This document shows positions 21,026-31,963 of a DNA stretch of 64,000 nucleotides, piece by piece. The notes beneath the pieces were generated by a model. The model ran no database searches and was not told the origin of the DNA. It was given only the letters and a program-made list of their open reading frames with translations. Both the position numbers and the translations under genes were made by a program. Within the stretch, counting starts at the first letter, position 1; each line of letters begins with the position of its first letter. The DNA is from Tubiluchus corallicola (Eukaryota > Animalia > Priapulida): NCBI GenBank assembly GCA_030141605.1, contig JAQGDQ010002394.1, forward strand, positions 1 through 64,000. Direction: 5' to 3'.

Positions 21026-21477
21026 TACTACAAGTATTAAATTAAATTTTCTGCAAATATAAAACTTTGCAAAAAATAGTGGTAAATTTGTGCAAGTTAA
21101 TTTAAACTTTTATGTCGTAAGTATACTATATAACATATTAAAGAATTGCTTGTTTTACTACTTAAACAAAAGTACGGGGACAATGTTTTTTTATTATTTT
21201 TCAAGGCATTGAAAGTTTAATTCTTCTGTTTTTTAGAATACGAAGAGACAATCAAAACAAAAAACTAATATGTAGTAGAAGACAATATTTACATAATAGA
21301 ATGTGAAAAATAGAATAATCGTTTAACAAGTATATTTTTTACTCCGAATCTTAGTACAAGATTAAGAAATAACTTGCAACTATGAAGAGAATATTTGTAT
21401 ATTTAAGATAAAAGCATAGCACTACAAAAAATGAAATTACAATTATTAAAATACATTTTACGCAAATACTTAAAAAT

Positions 21478-23349
21478 ATGACAGTGCAATATGATATAAT
21501 AGTAGTAGGAGCAGGGCACGCAGGATGCGAAGCAGCAAACATTGCTGGTAAAATGGGTTCTAAAGTACTGCTTATTACAATGGATACTAACCGTATAGCT
21601 CAAATGTCGTGTAATCCAGCAATTGGAGGCATTGCTAAAGGACAAATAGTAAGAGAAATAGACGCACTTGGAGGGGAAACTGGGATAATTGCGGATAAAA
21701 CAACTTTACAGTTTCGAATGCTAAATAGTTCAAAAGGTCCTGCAATGTGGAGTCCTCGCTCACAATGTGACAGAATGAAGTTTTCGGAAGAATGGAGAAG
21801 TACATTAGAAAAAAATTTCAACGTAGATATTTGGCAAGATACCGTAACTGAACTAATTGTAAAAAATAACAAGGTGCGAGGTGTTAAAACATTATTACAA
21901 GCCAAATTCAATGCTAATGCAGTAATATTGACAACAGGAACATTTTTAAACGGCTTGATGCACTTTGGCAACATACAGGTTCAAGGTGGCAGAATAGCAG
22001 AACCCAGCTCCTATAAAATAACTGAACAACTTATAGAGTATGGCTTTCAAAAAGATAGGATGAAAACAGGCACCCCACCCCGCCTTGATTCCAGAACTAT
22101 AAATTTCAGTAAATTAACAGAACAAAAGCACGAAAACACAGGACAATTCTCATTTTCTCAAGTACCCAAAAAATTAAAAAAACACTCTTGCTATATTACC
22201 TATACAAATCCTGCCACTCACGAGATACTTAAAAAAAGTTTTAATAATTCTCCCTTATTTAATGGAATAATAAAAGGAATAGGCCCTAGATATTGTCCAA
22301 GCATAGAAACAAAAATAGACACTTTTGCAGACAAAAACAACCACCAAATATTCCTCGAACCTGAAGGAGAAAATACTATAGAATACTATATGAATGGTTT
22401 CTCCACCTCACTGCCTATAGAAACACAAATAGAAGCAATAAGAACAATAGAAGGTTTAGAAAAAGCCAAACTCCTTAAAGCTGGATATGCTATTGAGTAC
22501 GATTTTTTTCATCCAACACAATTACAGTTAACCCTAGAAACTAAATACTTACAAAACCTTTATTTTGCGGGGCAAATAAATGGAACTACTGGCTATGAAG
22601 AAGCTGCTGGACAAGGTTTAATAGCAGGAATAAATGCACATCAAAAAAACAATGGACTAACCTCGCTAATACTAAAACGAGATCAAGCCTACATTGGAGT
22701 GCTTATTGATGATCTTATAACCAAAGGAACTAAAGAGCCTTATAGAATGTTTACTTCACGAGCCGAGTATAGAATACTCTTGAGACAAGACAATGCAGAT
22801 GAGCGACTTACTCCTATTGCCAAAAAAATCAAGACACTTAGCAAAAAAAGATTAGAGGACTACAAGCAAAAAATAACTGATAGAGGTGCTCTTATAGGGC
22901 TAATAGAAAATACAAGCCTAAGTCCAGAAACAATAAATCCAACTCTTGAAAAACTAGGCTCTACTCCAATAAAGCAAAAAACAAAATTTAAAAAGCTGCT
23001 ATTGCGTCCAGAAATATCCATACAAGATATTGAAAAACATAGTTTCGAAATAACGCAATATTTTCAAAACATCAAAGATGAAAATCGAAAAGAGATAGCA
23101 GAATCTGCCGAAATATCGATAAAATACGCAGGATATATAAAAAGAGAGCAACAAATATCCGAAAAGTTAAAAAGACTAGAAAACATAAAAATAAAAAACA
23201 AGCTAAACTACGCTGAAATAAAAACACTTTCCACAGAAGCCAGACAAAAACTGCAAGAAATAAACCCGGAAACTATCGGACAGGCATATAGAATATCAGG
23301 AGTATCTCCAGCAGACATAAACATCCTTTTGGTGCAAATGGGGAGGTAG
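21478..23349 (+). CDS. mnmG: tRNA uridine-34 modification enzyme MnmG/GidA
   Basis: GAGHAGCEAA, MSCNPAIGG, GPRYCPSIE, GQINGTTGYEEAA, YRMFTSRAEYR. Confidence 0.98.
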   Translation: MTVQYDIIVVGAGHAGCEAANIAGKMGSKVLLITMDTNRIAQMSCNPAIGGIAKGQIVREIDALGGETGIIADKTTLQFRMLNSSKGPAMWSPRSQCDRMKFSEEWRSTLEKNFNVDIWQDTVTELIVKNNKVRGVKTLLQAKFNANAVILTTGTFLNGLMHFGNIQVQGGRIAEPSSYKITEQLIEYGFQKDRMKTGTPPRLDSRTINFSKLTEQKHENTGQFSFSQVPKKLKKHSCYITYTNPATHEILKKSFNNSPLFNGIIKGIGPRYCPSIETKIDTFADKNNHQIFLEPEGENTIEYYMNGFSTSLPIETQIEAIRTIEGLEKAKLLKAGYAIEYDFFHPTQLQLTLETKYLQNLYFAGQINGTTGYEEAAGQGLIAGINAHQKNNGLTSLILKRDQAYIGVLIDDLITKGTKEPYRMFTSRAEYRILLRQDNADERLTPIAKKIKTLSKKRLEDYKQKITDRGALIGLIENTSLSPETINPTLEKLGSTPIKQKTKFKKLLLRPEISIQDIEKHSFEITQYFQNIKDENRKEIAESAEISIKYAGYIKREQQISEKLKRLENIKIKNKLNYAEIKTLSTEARQKLQEINPETIGQAYRISGVSPADINILLVQMGR

Positions 23350-23389
23350 CGTTCCACGTGGAACAAAAAAACATGTTCCACGTGGAACA
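23350..23389. promoter_or_regulatory. parS: Two tandem parS sites
   Basis: CGTTCCACGTGGAACA (23350-23365) and perfect palindrome TGTTCCACGTGGAACA (23374-23389) match the parS consensus TGTTNCACGTGNAACA. Confidence 0.92.
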
Positions 23390-23519
23390 TCTACCGCATT
23401 TACGGACAAACAAATAATTGTCTTATATTTTTGCAGAACCTTACTTGCTTTTTTGAATAAAATTTTATTTATTTGATTAAATGTAGATGTGCAACTAATT
23501 AATTAATAAACATTTTATT

Positions 23520-24287
23520 TTGAAAGTCGTATTTTTAGGTACAGGAGGCTCACAAGGAATACCCGTAATTGGTTGTGGTTGTAAAATATGCTTGTCCGAC
23601 AACATTAAAGACAATAGACTACGTTCTTCTATATATTTAGAAACACAAGGGCTAAAATTAATCATTGATTCTGGGACAGACTTTAGACAACAACTATTAA
23701 GAGAAAATATATCCTCTGTAGATGCCATTCTGCTAACACACAACCATACTGATCATATAATAGGCTTAGATGATGTGCGTCCTCTTAACTTTATTCAGAA
23801 GGAAGCAATGAACATTTATGCAGAGCACTATGTTTTAAATACTTTAAAAAAAGTTTTCAGCTACGCTTTCGATGAAAAAATGAAATACCCTGGGGTTCCT
23901 GTATTTAATCTTAATACAATAAAAACAAATCCTTTCTACATAAAAAAACAACTTATAACACCCATAAGAGGCTATCACCATAAATTGCCAGTATTGGGCT
24001 ATAGAATAAATAATTTTTGTTATTTCACAGACATTAGCAGTGTGCCTGATAGTGAAAAGCAAAAGCTGCAAAATTTAGAGGTACTTGTAGTGAGTGCTTT
24101 AAGAAAAGAGAAACATATGTCTCATTTCAATATGGAAGATGCCATAAACTTTGCGAAAGAAATAAAACCAGAAAGAACTTACCTAACTCACATTGGACAC
24201 AGATTAGGATTATACGATGAAATAACAAAAGAACTACCTAACAACATATCACTTGCATATGATCAATTAAAAATAAATTTATTTTAA
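23520..24287 (+). CDS. MBL-fold metallo-hydrolase (PhnP/YycJ-like)
   Basis: FLGTGGSQGIP, CGC..C, THNHTDH, THIGH, AYD. Confidence 0.92.
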   Translation: MKVVFLGTGGSQGIPVIGCGCKICLSDNIKDNRLRSSIYLETQGLKLIIDSGTDFRQQLLRENISSVDAILLTHNHTDHIIGLDDVRPLNFIQKEAMNIYAEHYVLNTLKKVFSYAFDEKMKYPGVPVFNLNTIKTNPFYIKKQLITPIRGYHHKLPVLGYRINNFCYFTDISSVPDSEKQKLQNLEVLVVSALRKEKHMSHFNMEDAINFAKEIKPERTYLTHIGHRLGLYDEITKELPNNISLAYDQLKINLF

Positions 24288-24430
24288 ATTTTATTTTTTG
24301 TTAATTATAACATAATATGCCTTATCTTTGCAGTATTATTAGCTCAACCTTTTTAAAGCTAATTTGCATTAAGATAGAAAAAAATCAATAGTAAGTTTTT
24401 TATTATTACTAACATCTACACAACAATACT

Positions 24431-25204
24431 ATGATGCTAAATTTTAATTTTATAAAACGGACATTTACTTTATTGTTATTTTCTGTTTTTATCGCCACTT
24501 TATTTTCTACAACATCTTGTAAAAAGAAAACAAAGAAAAAAGTTGTTCCCAAAAAAACTCAGGTGCTAAAAAAGGAAGCAAAACAAACAGCTCAACCAGA
24601 TACTGTTATGTCGTCTCCAAAAGAAGCAATAAATGAAGAAATAGAGACCCCTTCCCGTGAGAAAACATATACCATCCAAAAAGGAGAATCTTTATGGAAA
24701 ATAGCAGATAAGTTGTATGGAAATCCTCTTAAATGGAGAGAAATATACAACTCAAACCTTGAAGTATCAGAAGACCCCAATCTTATTCATCCCAATCAAG
24801 AACTTATTATTCCAAACTATACGAACAGCATAAATAGAATAACTGACGAAGAAGCCTATATCATTACAGAAGGTGAAACCCTCTGGAGTATTGCACAAAG
24901 AGTATATAACGATGCCAGCAAATGGAGAGACATATACGAAGCAAATTCAGACCGTATAGAAAGTCCAGAACTTATTATAGCTGAACAAAAAATTCGCCTA
25001 CCCTACTACGAACAAAGGCTTGATGGAGGCGTACATAATAGGCTTACACCACCCGAAAAAACAACAAAAGAAGACCTCCCAGTAGAAAATGACTCAATAG
25101 ATACCACTATATCTACTACAACAAACCAAACTGTAGAAATACAAACAGACCAAAGAATAATCGAAATTGATCCAAGTGTAGAAGAGAACATAATAATAGA
25201 GTAA
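24431..25204 (+). CDS. Lipoprotein with two LysM domains
   Basis: Lipobox TTSC; YTIQKGESLWKIA..LIHPNQELIIP and YIITEGETLWSIA..LIIAEQKIRLP; TATCTTTG promoter at 24323. Confidence 0.88.
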   Translation: MMLNFNFIKRTFTLLLFSVFIATLFSTTSCKKKTKKKVVPKKTQVLKKEAKQTAQPDTVMSSPKEAINEEIETPSREKTYTIQKGESLWKIADKLYGNPLKWREIYNSNLEVSEDPNLIHPNQELIIPNYTNSINRITDEEAYIITEGETLWSIAQRVYNDASKWRDIYEANSDRIESPELIIAEQKIRLPYYEQRLDGGVHNRLTPPEKTTKEDLPVENDSIDTTISTTTNQTVEIQTDQRIIEIDPSVEENIIIE

Positions 25205-25297
25205 AATAGAAATAATAATATAAAAAATTAAACTTAAAGCAAACTTTATCAATATTGTTATTCTAATATTTCAGAATAAACACTATTTTGTGGAACA

Positions 25298-25453
25298 ATT
25301 TGGTTCTCATTATAGAGATAAAAAGGGAATCAGGTGAAAACCCTGAGCAGTTCCCGCTGCTGTAATTCTCATTGTAATTTTTAGCAACTAAAACCACTGT
25401 CTGTAAAAGATGGGAAGGTAGCTAGATAAGAGATAAGTCAGAAGACCTGCCAA
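25298..25453 (+). promoter_or_regulatory. Cobalamin riboswitch
   Basis: AAAAGGGAATCAGGTGAAAACCCTGAGCAGTTCCCGCTGCTGTAA ... ACCACTG ... GGGAAGG ... AAGTCAGAAGACCTGCC (B12 box), upstream of a TonB-dependent receptor. Confidence 0.95.
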
Positions 25454-25566
25454 GTTGTATTATATTTCATTAACACAACTTATAGCTTTCGGAGAAAAAG
25501 CTAAAATAGAAGCTCTCAAGCCCTACAATAAGCCCCCCTCCGTCAGTCATATCATAACGGAGAATT

Positions 25567-27492
25567 ATGAAAAAGGCAGCGATTATTTTATCTTTTTTAA
25601 TCACTATCTATGCAAATGCTCAACACACAGAAAAAGAAGTACTCCTCAATCAAGTGGAAGTAAAAGCCTGCAACAGCACTCCTAAAACAGCTCTTAAAAA
25701 GCAAAGTATAGATAGCATTACAATAAAAAATTATCAAACCTCAAACCTCTCTCAACTTCTTTCTGAAAATTCCAATCTTTATATCAAAAGCTATGGGCAG
25801 GGAAATCTTGCAACTTCCTCATTTAGAGGCACAAACTCTACTCATACACAAATACTTTGGAACGGTATAAGCATTAACTCCTCAATGCTGGGACAAACAG
25901 ACCTTTCACTTATTCCCTCCTATTTTATAGACAATATAGACATCCATTATGGAGCCAGCTCGCTCACAACTATCAGTGGTGGGCTAGGAGGTAGTATTAA
26001 CTTGAAGAACCAGCCTGTTTGGAACAAAAATGAAAACACTACCTCTCTCATTTACGGAAGTTTCAACACTTATAAAGCACATTCAAGCCTACTATTGGGA
26101 AATAAAAAAATACAATCACGCACTAAAATACTTTACATAAAATCTGACAATAACTTCAAATACCTCAACAAAGTACTAAGCAATAAACCTTTTTATGAAA
26201 ACCGCAAAAATAGTCAATACCAACAAACAGGAATAATGCAAGAAATATACTTAAATGCACATACCAAAAATATAGTATCTGCTAAAATATGGCTACAAGA
26301 TAATCAAAGGAACTTGCCACAACCCATAACTACCACAGGTATCAATCAAAAAGAAAAGCAATTTGATAAAAACTTACGCACACTTATAAATTGGAAATAC
26401 TACCACAATAAACATAACCTAAATACAAACATAGCCTACATAAAAAACCATAATGAATATGAAAGAACCTACGAAACTACAAACTTAGGAGACATACATA
26501 CCCAGCATACTGAAAACAAATTTACCGCAACAAGTAACTATACTTATACAACAACACAAACACAGATAAAAATAGGAATAAGCGAAGAATATACTACTGT
26601 AAATAGCAGCAACTATACCAACCTCAAAACACGACATCAACAATCATTGTTTACCTCCGCTACAACCAACATAACAGATAGAATAAAACTATTTGGCCTA
26701 TTGCGAATAGATATGTTTGACACAAATAACACCCCCGTTCTTCCAGTAATAGCAATTAATTACAAATTTTTGAAAAAAGAAGAACTATACTTGAATTTCA
26801 ACCTCTCTAAAAACTATCATATACCTACCCTTAATGACTTATATTGGTCTCCAGGAGGAAATCCCAACCTACTTCCAGAAGAAGGCTATACTCAAGAAAT
26901 ATCTATTATTTTCAAAAAACAAATTAATAGTGTTATCCTTAATACTAACCTAACAACCTACAATTCCAAAATAAACAACTGGATACTCTGGCAGCCTTCC
27001 AACTACTACTATTGGATGCCCCAAAATATAAAAAAAGTACTCTCTCAGGGAGTTGAAAACAACACAAGTATCGCCTTACAAAAGAAGCAACAAACACATA
27101 AACTTTTATTCAACTACGCTCATACTCGTACAAAAAACCAATCAGCAACCAACTTAAATGATCCCAGCTACAATAAACAACTCATATACACCCCCTTGCA
27201 TAAACTTAATATCACTTATCATTTTATATACAAAAACATCAACCTATCTTATACTTACCATTACACTAGTCAAACCTATGTTAATACAGAAAACACAAAA
27301 ACTATAGCCCCCTATGACATCAGCAACATACAAATTAGCTATACCTCCAACGTCCAAAAACTGAACACAACTATAACACTTGGCGTAGATAATTTATTTA
27401 ATCAATATTACGAAATAGTCCAATACTACCCTATGCCCGGCAGATATATATATTTCTCTCTAAAGTTAAATGTTAATTTAAAAAATACATAA
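25567..27492 (+). CDS. btuB: TonB-dependent cobalamin receptor
   Basis: Plug motif SFRGTNSTHTQILWNG, PTLNDLYW..GGNPNLLPE, C-terminal NLFN..YPMPGR; under a B12 riboswitch. Confidence 0.85.
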   Translation: MKKAAIILSFLITIYANAQHTEKEVLLNQVEVKACNSTPKTALKKQSIDSITIKNYQTSNLSQLLSENSNLYIKSYGQGNLATSSFRGTNSTHTQILWNGISINSSMLGQTDLSLIPSYFIDNIDIHYGASSLTTISGGLGGSINLKNQPVWNKNENTTSLIYGSFNTYKAHSSLLLGNKKIQSRTKILYIKSDNNFKYLNKVLSNKPFYENRKNSQYQQTGIMQEIYLNAHTKNIVSAKIWLQDNQRNLPQPITTTGINQKEKQFDKNLRTLINWKYYHNKHNLNTNIAYIKNHNEYERTYETTNLGDIHTQHTENKFTATSNYTYTTTQTQIKIGISEEYTTVNSSNYTNLKTRHQQSLFTSATTNITDRIKLFGLLRIDMFDTNNTPVLPVIAINYKFLKKEELYLNFNLSKNYHIPTLNDLYWSPGGNPNLLPEEGYTQEISIIFKKQINSVILNTNLTTYNSKINNWILWQPSNYYYWMPQNIKKVLSQGVENNTSIALQKKQQTHKLLFNYAHTRTKNQSATNLNDPSYNKQLIYTPLHKLNITYHFIYKNINLSYTYHYTSQTYVNTENTKTIAPYDISNIQISYTSNVQKLNTTITLGVDNLFNQYYEIVQYYPMPGRYIYFSLKLNVNLKNT

Positions 27493-27548
27493 ATTTTTAT
27501 TTCACAAGAACACAATTTTTGCAAATATTTATTAAAAAATAATATAGC

Positions 27549-28619
27549 ATGAAACATTTACATTTACTATCCTTAAATTTAATTTTAATACTATTGCTAT
27601 TTAGCTGCAAAAAAGAGAATTTAACTCCCAATACATATTCCACTACTAAAGGCTATTATATTATTAATGAAGGTAATTTTGGAACAAGCAATAGTACTTT
27701 GTCCTATTACAGTGTAGAAGACAACACTATACATAACAACCTATTTGAAAACGCTAACAACCGACCTCTTGGAGATGTTGCTTATTCCATCACCCTCATC
27801 AACGACAGTAATGCCTATATAACCGTTAATAATTCAGGAAAAATAGAAGTTATAAATACAAATACCAATAAAAGCATTAACACTATCTTAAATTTTACTT
27901 CCCCACGATATATTTTGCCCATAAATAAAACAAAAGCGTATGTCTCAGACCTGTACGAGACTTCAATAAACATTGTAGACTTCAACACTCAACAAATAGT
28001 AGGAAAAATCAACACAGGAAAGAGCACAGAGCAAATCATATTATATAAAAATAAAGTCTTCGCATTGAATTATTCAGAAGACAGTACCCTGCAAATCATC
28101 GATACTAATATCCACAAAGTAACCCACACCCTAAACATAGGCACACAACCTCAAAGTGCAGTAATAGATAAACACAATAAATTATGGATACTTTGCGATG
28201 GATACAAGTTTAGTATAGATAACCCTGTCTGCTATTGCGACCCCACAAGCAAAAGCACACTTGTAAAACTCAACCCCGAAACATACCAAATAGAGCAAAC
28301 TATAAACTTACATAAAACAGGAATATTTGCTTCACATCTGCAAATAGACCACACAGGCGAAAATCTATACTTCATATACGAAGATATTTACAAAATGTCT
28401 ATATATCAGACACAAGTTCCCACAAAGCCTTTTATAAAAGCCACAAAGGAACAAAAGTTCTATAATTTACACATAGATATACTCAACGATAAAATACTTG
28501 TAACAGATGCTTCTGACTACACCCAAAACGGCAAACTACACCTATACGATGCACAGGGTACACACTTGCAAACACACATCACAGGTATATTGCCCAGTTT
28601 TATTAGATATAAAAACTGA
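27549..28619 (+). CDS. btuG: Surface beta-propeller lipoprotein BtuG
   Basis: Lipobox LFSC; INEGNF..NSTLSYY, LGDVA, VNNSGKI, SPRY, DASDYTQNG. Confidence 0.85.
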   Translation: MKHLHLLSLNLILILLLFSCKKENLTPNTYSTTKGYYIINEGNFGTSNSTLSYYSVEDNTIHNNLFENANNRPLGDVAYSITLINDSNAYITVNNSGKIEVINTNTNKSINTILNFTSPRYILPINKTKAYVSDLYETSINIVDFNTQQIVGKINTGKSTEQIILYKNKVFALNYSEDSTLQIIDTNIHKVTHTLNIGTQPQSAVIDKHNKLWILCDGYKFSIDNPVCYCDPTSKSTLVKLNPETYQIEQTINLHKTGIFASHLQIDHTGENLYFIYEDIYKMSIYQTQVPTKPFIKATKEQKFYNLHIDILNDKILVTDASDYTQNGKLHLYDAQGTHLQTHITGILPSFIRYKN

Positions 28620-28888
28620 AATAATTTTTCTCACCTTGTAGAAATAAATTGCCAATTATCCCTACTATTACAATAGAATAAAAGGATAAGAAAATACTTT
28701 TACAGTCATAGCCATTTTAAAAGAATTTAGTCTTTACATCTCCCCATTAATAGAAAACACGGCATAATGATGTAAGCTGCTTCAACAAAACTTTTAACAC
28801 CATAGTTTTCTTATACTATAAAATGTATATAAAAAAACAAAACGCAATTATATACTTAACTAACCCCGAAGAGAATAAAATAACTCTT

Positions 28889-29623
28889 TTAATTTTTCCA
28901 TCTCCTTTGCCTCGCCACTTCATAGCACAACACAGAAGCTGAAGCCGATACGTTTAACGAAGCTATTTCACCAAGCAAGGGTATTCGTGCCAATTCATCG
29001 CACTCCTTAAACAAAGGAGTAGAAACTCCTTTTTCTTCCGATCCTAAAACCATAGCCACAGGCAAAGAATAATCTATCTTCGTATATATTTTTTCAGCCT
29101 TCTCAGTTGCAACTACAACTTTTACCCCACTTTCCTTCAAAAATCTTATTGCCTGCTTTAAGTCCCACACTCTGCAAATTGGCACCTTCATTAATGCACC
29201 TGCCGATGTTTTTATTGCATCAGCTCCCACCAAGGCACCTCCTCGCGTAGGTACTATTATAGCATCTACTCCTGAACATTCTGCTGTGCGAACAATAGCC
29301 CCAAAATTACGTACGTCAGTTATACCATCCAATATCAGCATAAAAGGATCTTTGCCTTTCTCATATAATTTTGGCAGCAATTTTTCAACATTCACATACT
29401 CTATAGGCGAAATAAATGCTACTACACCCTGATGGGCTTTTCGTGTTATCCTGTTCAATTTTTCCACTGGCACATATTGAACAGGATGATTGTGCTGCCT
29501 CAACAAATCTGACAACTCTTTTATCAAATCGCCCCGCAATCCCTTTTTTATCAGCACCTTACTCAATTCTTTGCCTGAGTGTATTGCCTCCATAACAGCA
29601 CGTATACCAAATATAAAATCCAT
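28889..29623 (-). CDS. rlmB: 23S rRNA Gm2251 methyltransferase
   Basis: HQGVVA, DVRNFGAIVRTA, GSEEKG, SLNVS SPOUT motifs. Confidence 0.95.
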   Translation of the reverse strand: MDFIFGIRAVMEAIHSGKELSKVLIKKGLRGDLIKELSDLLRQHNHPVQYVPVEKLNRITRKAHQGVVAFISPIEYVNVEKLLPKLYEKGKDPFMLILDGITDVRNFGAIVRTAECSGVDAIIVPTRGGALVGADAIKTSAGALMKVPICRVWDLKQAIRFLKESGVKVVVATEKAEKIYTKIDYSLPVAMVLGSEEKGVSTPLFKECDELARIPLLGEIASLNVSASASVLCYEVARQRRWKN

Positions 29624-29628
29624 TATTT

Positions 29629-31530
29629 CTATTCTTTTGTTTTATCTTGCACCTTTTCATTATACTTCTCCCAAAGTTTCATTTCTTTATCTAAACTTTT
29701 TCGTAAGTTTTCATATTGCGTCAAAAGATCATTCCCAGTATTGCCCTCTGCTATTTTTTGCTCCACTTCCTCCATTTCCTTTTCTATTTGACCTATTTTT
29801 TGTTCAATATTTTTTATTTTGTTCTCCAGTCGTTTTTTCTTTTTTTGAGCTTCATAGTTTTGCTTACCATTAGAAGTTTTTTTCTTTGTATTGCTTTGAT
29901 TTGCACTGCGTTCTAGCTCTTTGAGACTATTTAAGTCCTTTTTTTCAATAAACTCGAAGATGCCTCCTAAATTTTCTTTTATTTTCTTGTTTTTAAACTC
30001 ATACACTTTACTAGCCAGCCCATCTAAAAAGTCACGGTCGTGAGAAATTATAATTACCGTGCCTTCAAATTTCAACAAAGCCTCCTTCAATATATCTTTT
30101 GTGTTAATATCTAAATGATTGGTAGGCTCATCCAGTAGCAGGCAGTTCACAGGGTCTAGCAATAGTTTTATAATAGCTAGCCTAGTTCGCTCTCCTCCCG
30201 ACAGCACTTTTACTTTTTTATCCACATCTTCGCCACCAAAGAGAAAAGCTCCCAATATTTTACGTATCTGCGAACGTACGTCTCCTACTGCCACTCTATC
30301 TATGGTTTCCAACACTGTCAATTCTTCATCCAGCTCATCTGCTTGTGTCTGTGCAAAATAGCCTATTTTTACATTATGTCCTATTTTCAGTTCTCCTTCA
30401 TAGTCTATTTCATTCATTATCATTTTAGCAAAAGTAGTTTTTCCCTCACCATTTTTACCTACAAAAGCAACCTTATCTCCTCTTTCTATAGTGATATTTA
30501 CTTTATCCAATATCGGATGGTCGTAGCTTTTGCTTGCTTCTTTTGCCTCCACAGTTACTTTACCCGAAGAAGGAGCAGGAGGGAACTTGATATGCAAGTT
30601 TTTCTCACGCCCTTCTATTTCTATCCTATCTATTTTGTTTAGCTGCTTGATGCGAGACTGTACTTGCACTGCCTTGGTGGCTTTGTAGCGAAAACGTTCT
30701 ATAAATTTTTCAGTATCTTTTATATATTTCTGTTGATTGTTGTAGGCAGCCAGTTGGTTTTGACGCTGCTCCTCCCTCAACTCCAGATATTTAGTATAAG
30801 CTACTTTAAAATCGTATATTTTCCCCAATGATATTTCTATCGTACGGTTGGTAGCATTGTTCAAAAAGGTACGGTCGTGAGAAATGAGTATCACTGCACC
30901 CCTATAAGTTCTTAGAAAATTTTCTAGCCATTGTATAGATTCTATATCGAGGTGGTTGGTAGGCTCATCTAATAGCACTATATCAGGATTTTTTAATAGT
31001 ATCTTTGCTAATTCTATCCGCATACGCCACCCTCCGCTAAATTCGGAAGTCTGACGCTGAAAATCAGAGGGTAAAAAGCCAAGTCCTAAAAGTATTTTTT
31101 CTATTTGTTCGTCCTTATTTTCTTGGCTAAGTATATTGAGTCGTTCGCCTATTTCAGATATGCTGTCTATCACATTCATATATTCTTTAGACTCGTAGTC
31201 CGCTATTTCTCCCAGCTTTGTATTCAGCCTGTTTAGTTCTTTCTCTAAGTTAAGCACCTCTTCAAAAGCTAGCTCTGCCTCTTTTACTACTGTGCGAGCA
31301 TCTACTAGTTTTAAATGTTGTGGGAGGTATTCTATGCTAGTAGAAGCGGGAATGCTTACTTTACCGCTTGTAGGTTCTTGGAGGCCTTTTATTATTTTTA
31401 GCAGGGTAGATTTTCCTGCCCCATTTCTGCCTACAAGTCCTATGCGGTCTTTAGAGTTGATGACGAATGATATGTTGTTGAATAGTTCAAATTTGCCAAA
31501 ATCTAAACTTACTTGGTTGATAGAAATCAT
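29629..31530 (-). CDS. ABC-F family ATPase
   Basis: Two NBDs (GRNGAGKS / GKNGEGKT, FSGGWRMR / LSGGE, LDEPTNHLD twice), no TM segments, C-terminal coiled coil. Confidence 0.95.
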   Translation of the reverse strand: MISINQVSLDFGKFELFNNISFVINSKDRIGLVGRNGAGKSTLLKIIKGLQEPTSGKVSIPASTSIEYLPQHLKLVDARTVVKEAELAFEEVLNLEKELNRLNTKLGEIADYESKEYMNVIDSISEIGERLNILSQENKDEQIEKILLGLGFLPSDFQRQTSEFSGGWRMRIELAKILLKNPDIVLLDEPTNHLDIESIQWLENFLRTYRGAVILISHDRTFLNNATNRTIEISLGKIYDFKVAYTKYLELREEQRQNQLAAYNNQQKYIKDTEKFIERFRYKATKAVQVQSRIKQLNKIDRIEIEGREKNLHIKFPPAPSSGKVTVEAKEASKSYDHPILDKVNITIERGDKVAFVGKNGEGKTTFAKMIMNEIDYEGELKIGHNVKIGYFAQTQADELDEELTVLETIDRVAVGDVRSQIRKILGAFLFGGEDVDKKVKVLSGGERTRLAIIKLLLDPVNCLLLDEPTNHLDINTKDILKEALLKFEGTVIIISHDRDFLDGLASKVYEFKNKKIKENLGGIFEFIEKKDLNSLKELERSANQSNTKKKTSNGKQNYEAQKKKKRLENKIKNIEQKIGQIEKEMEEVEQKIAEGNTGNDLLTQYENLRKSLDKEMKLWEKYNEKVQDKTKE

Positions 31531-31963
31531 TTCCTAAATTCGAATGTAGATGTGTATAATGCTTTTACGTAATTTTTATGCAAAAATACGAATAAATACT
31601 ATAACACGCGAAAAACCACAGCTTGTTTCGGCATAAAAGGACAAGACAATACTAAAAACTTGAATGAAAAGACAGACATGATAAAAAAATAGATTTTGCT
31701 ACTATAATCATTCTATTATCAATTATAGCTATAATACTGAAAGGATTCATATTCAAAACAGAGCTTCTTGCCTATTTAATAAACAGGTGAGAAACTGATT
31801 GTTGAACGTAGAACAATAGTACTTTTAAAGTACTAGATATCATTAGCGTTACCTTTATATTGTAGTTTGTTAAAAATTTTATGACTCAGAAAAAACCTCA
31901 AAGATAGAAAGCGGCAAGTATTTTCTTTTACTAATAGGCAAAAAAATTACAACGAAACTCATA

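Noticed and set aside
21026-21477. AT-rich spacer upstream of mnmG as oriC
   Set aside because: Only one weak DnaA-box-like 9-mer was seen (TGTGAAAAA ~21302) and codon skew does not obviously switch here; 54326-54734 fits better, though this site is not formally excluded
23208-23390. Short ORF with repeated FHVE peptide
   Set aside because: Artefact of translating the two parS palindromes, antisense to mnmG
24305-24332. dif-like 28-mer (reverse complement TGCAAAGATAA-GGCATA-TTATGTTATAA)
   Set aside because: One arm is simply the TATCTTTG -7 promoter of the LysM gene, the XerD-like arm has mismatches, and it lies ~1 kb from parS, where dif is not expected
25455-25685. Leader ORF overlapping the btuB start
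   Set aside because: TTG start within the riboswitch expression platform, out of frame with btuB, no recognisable features
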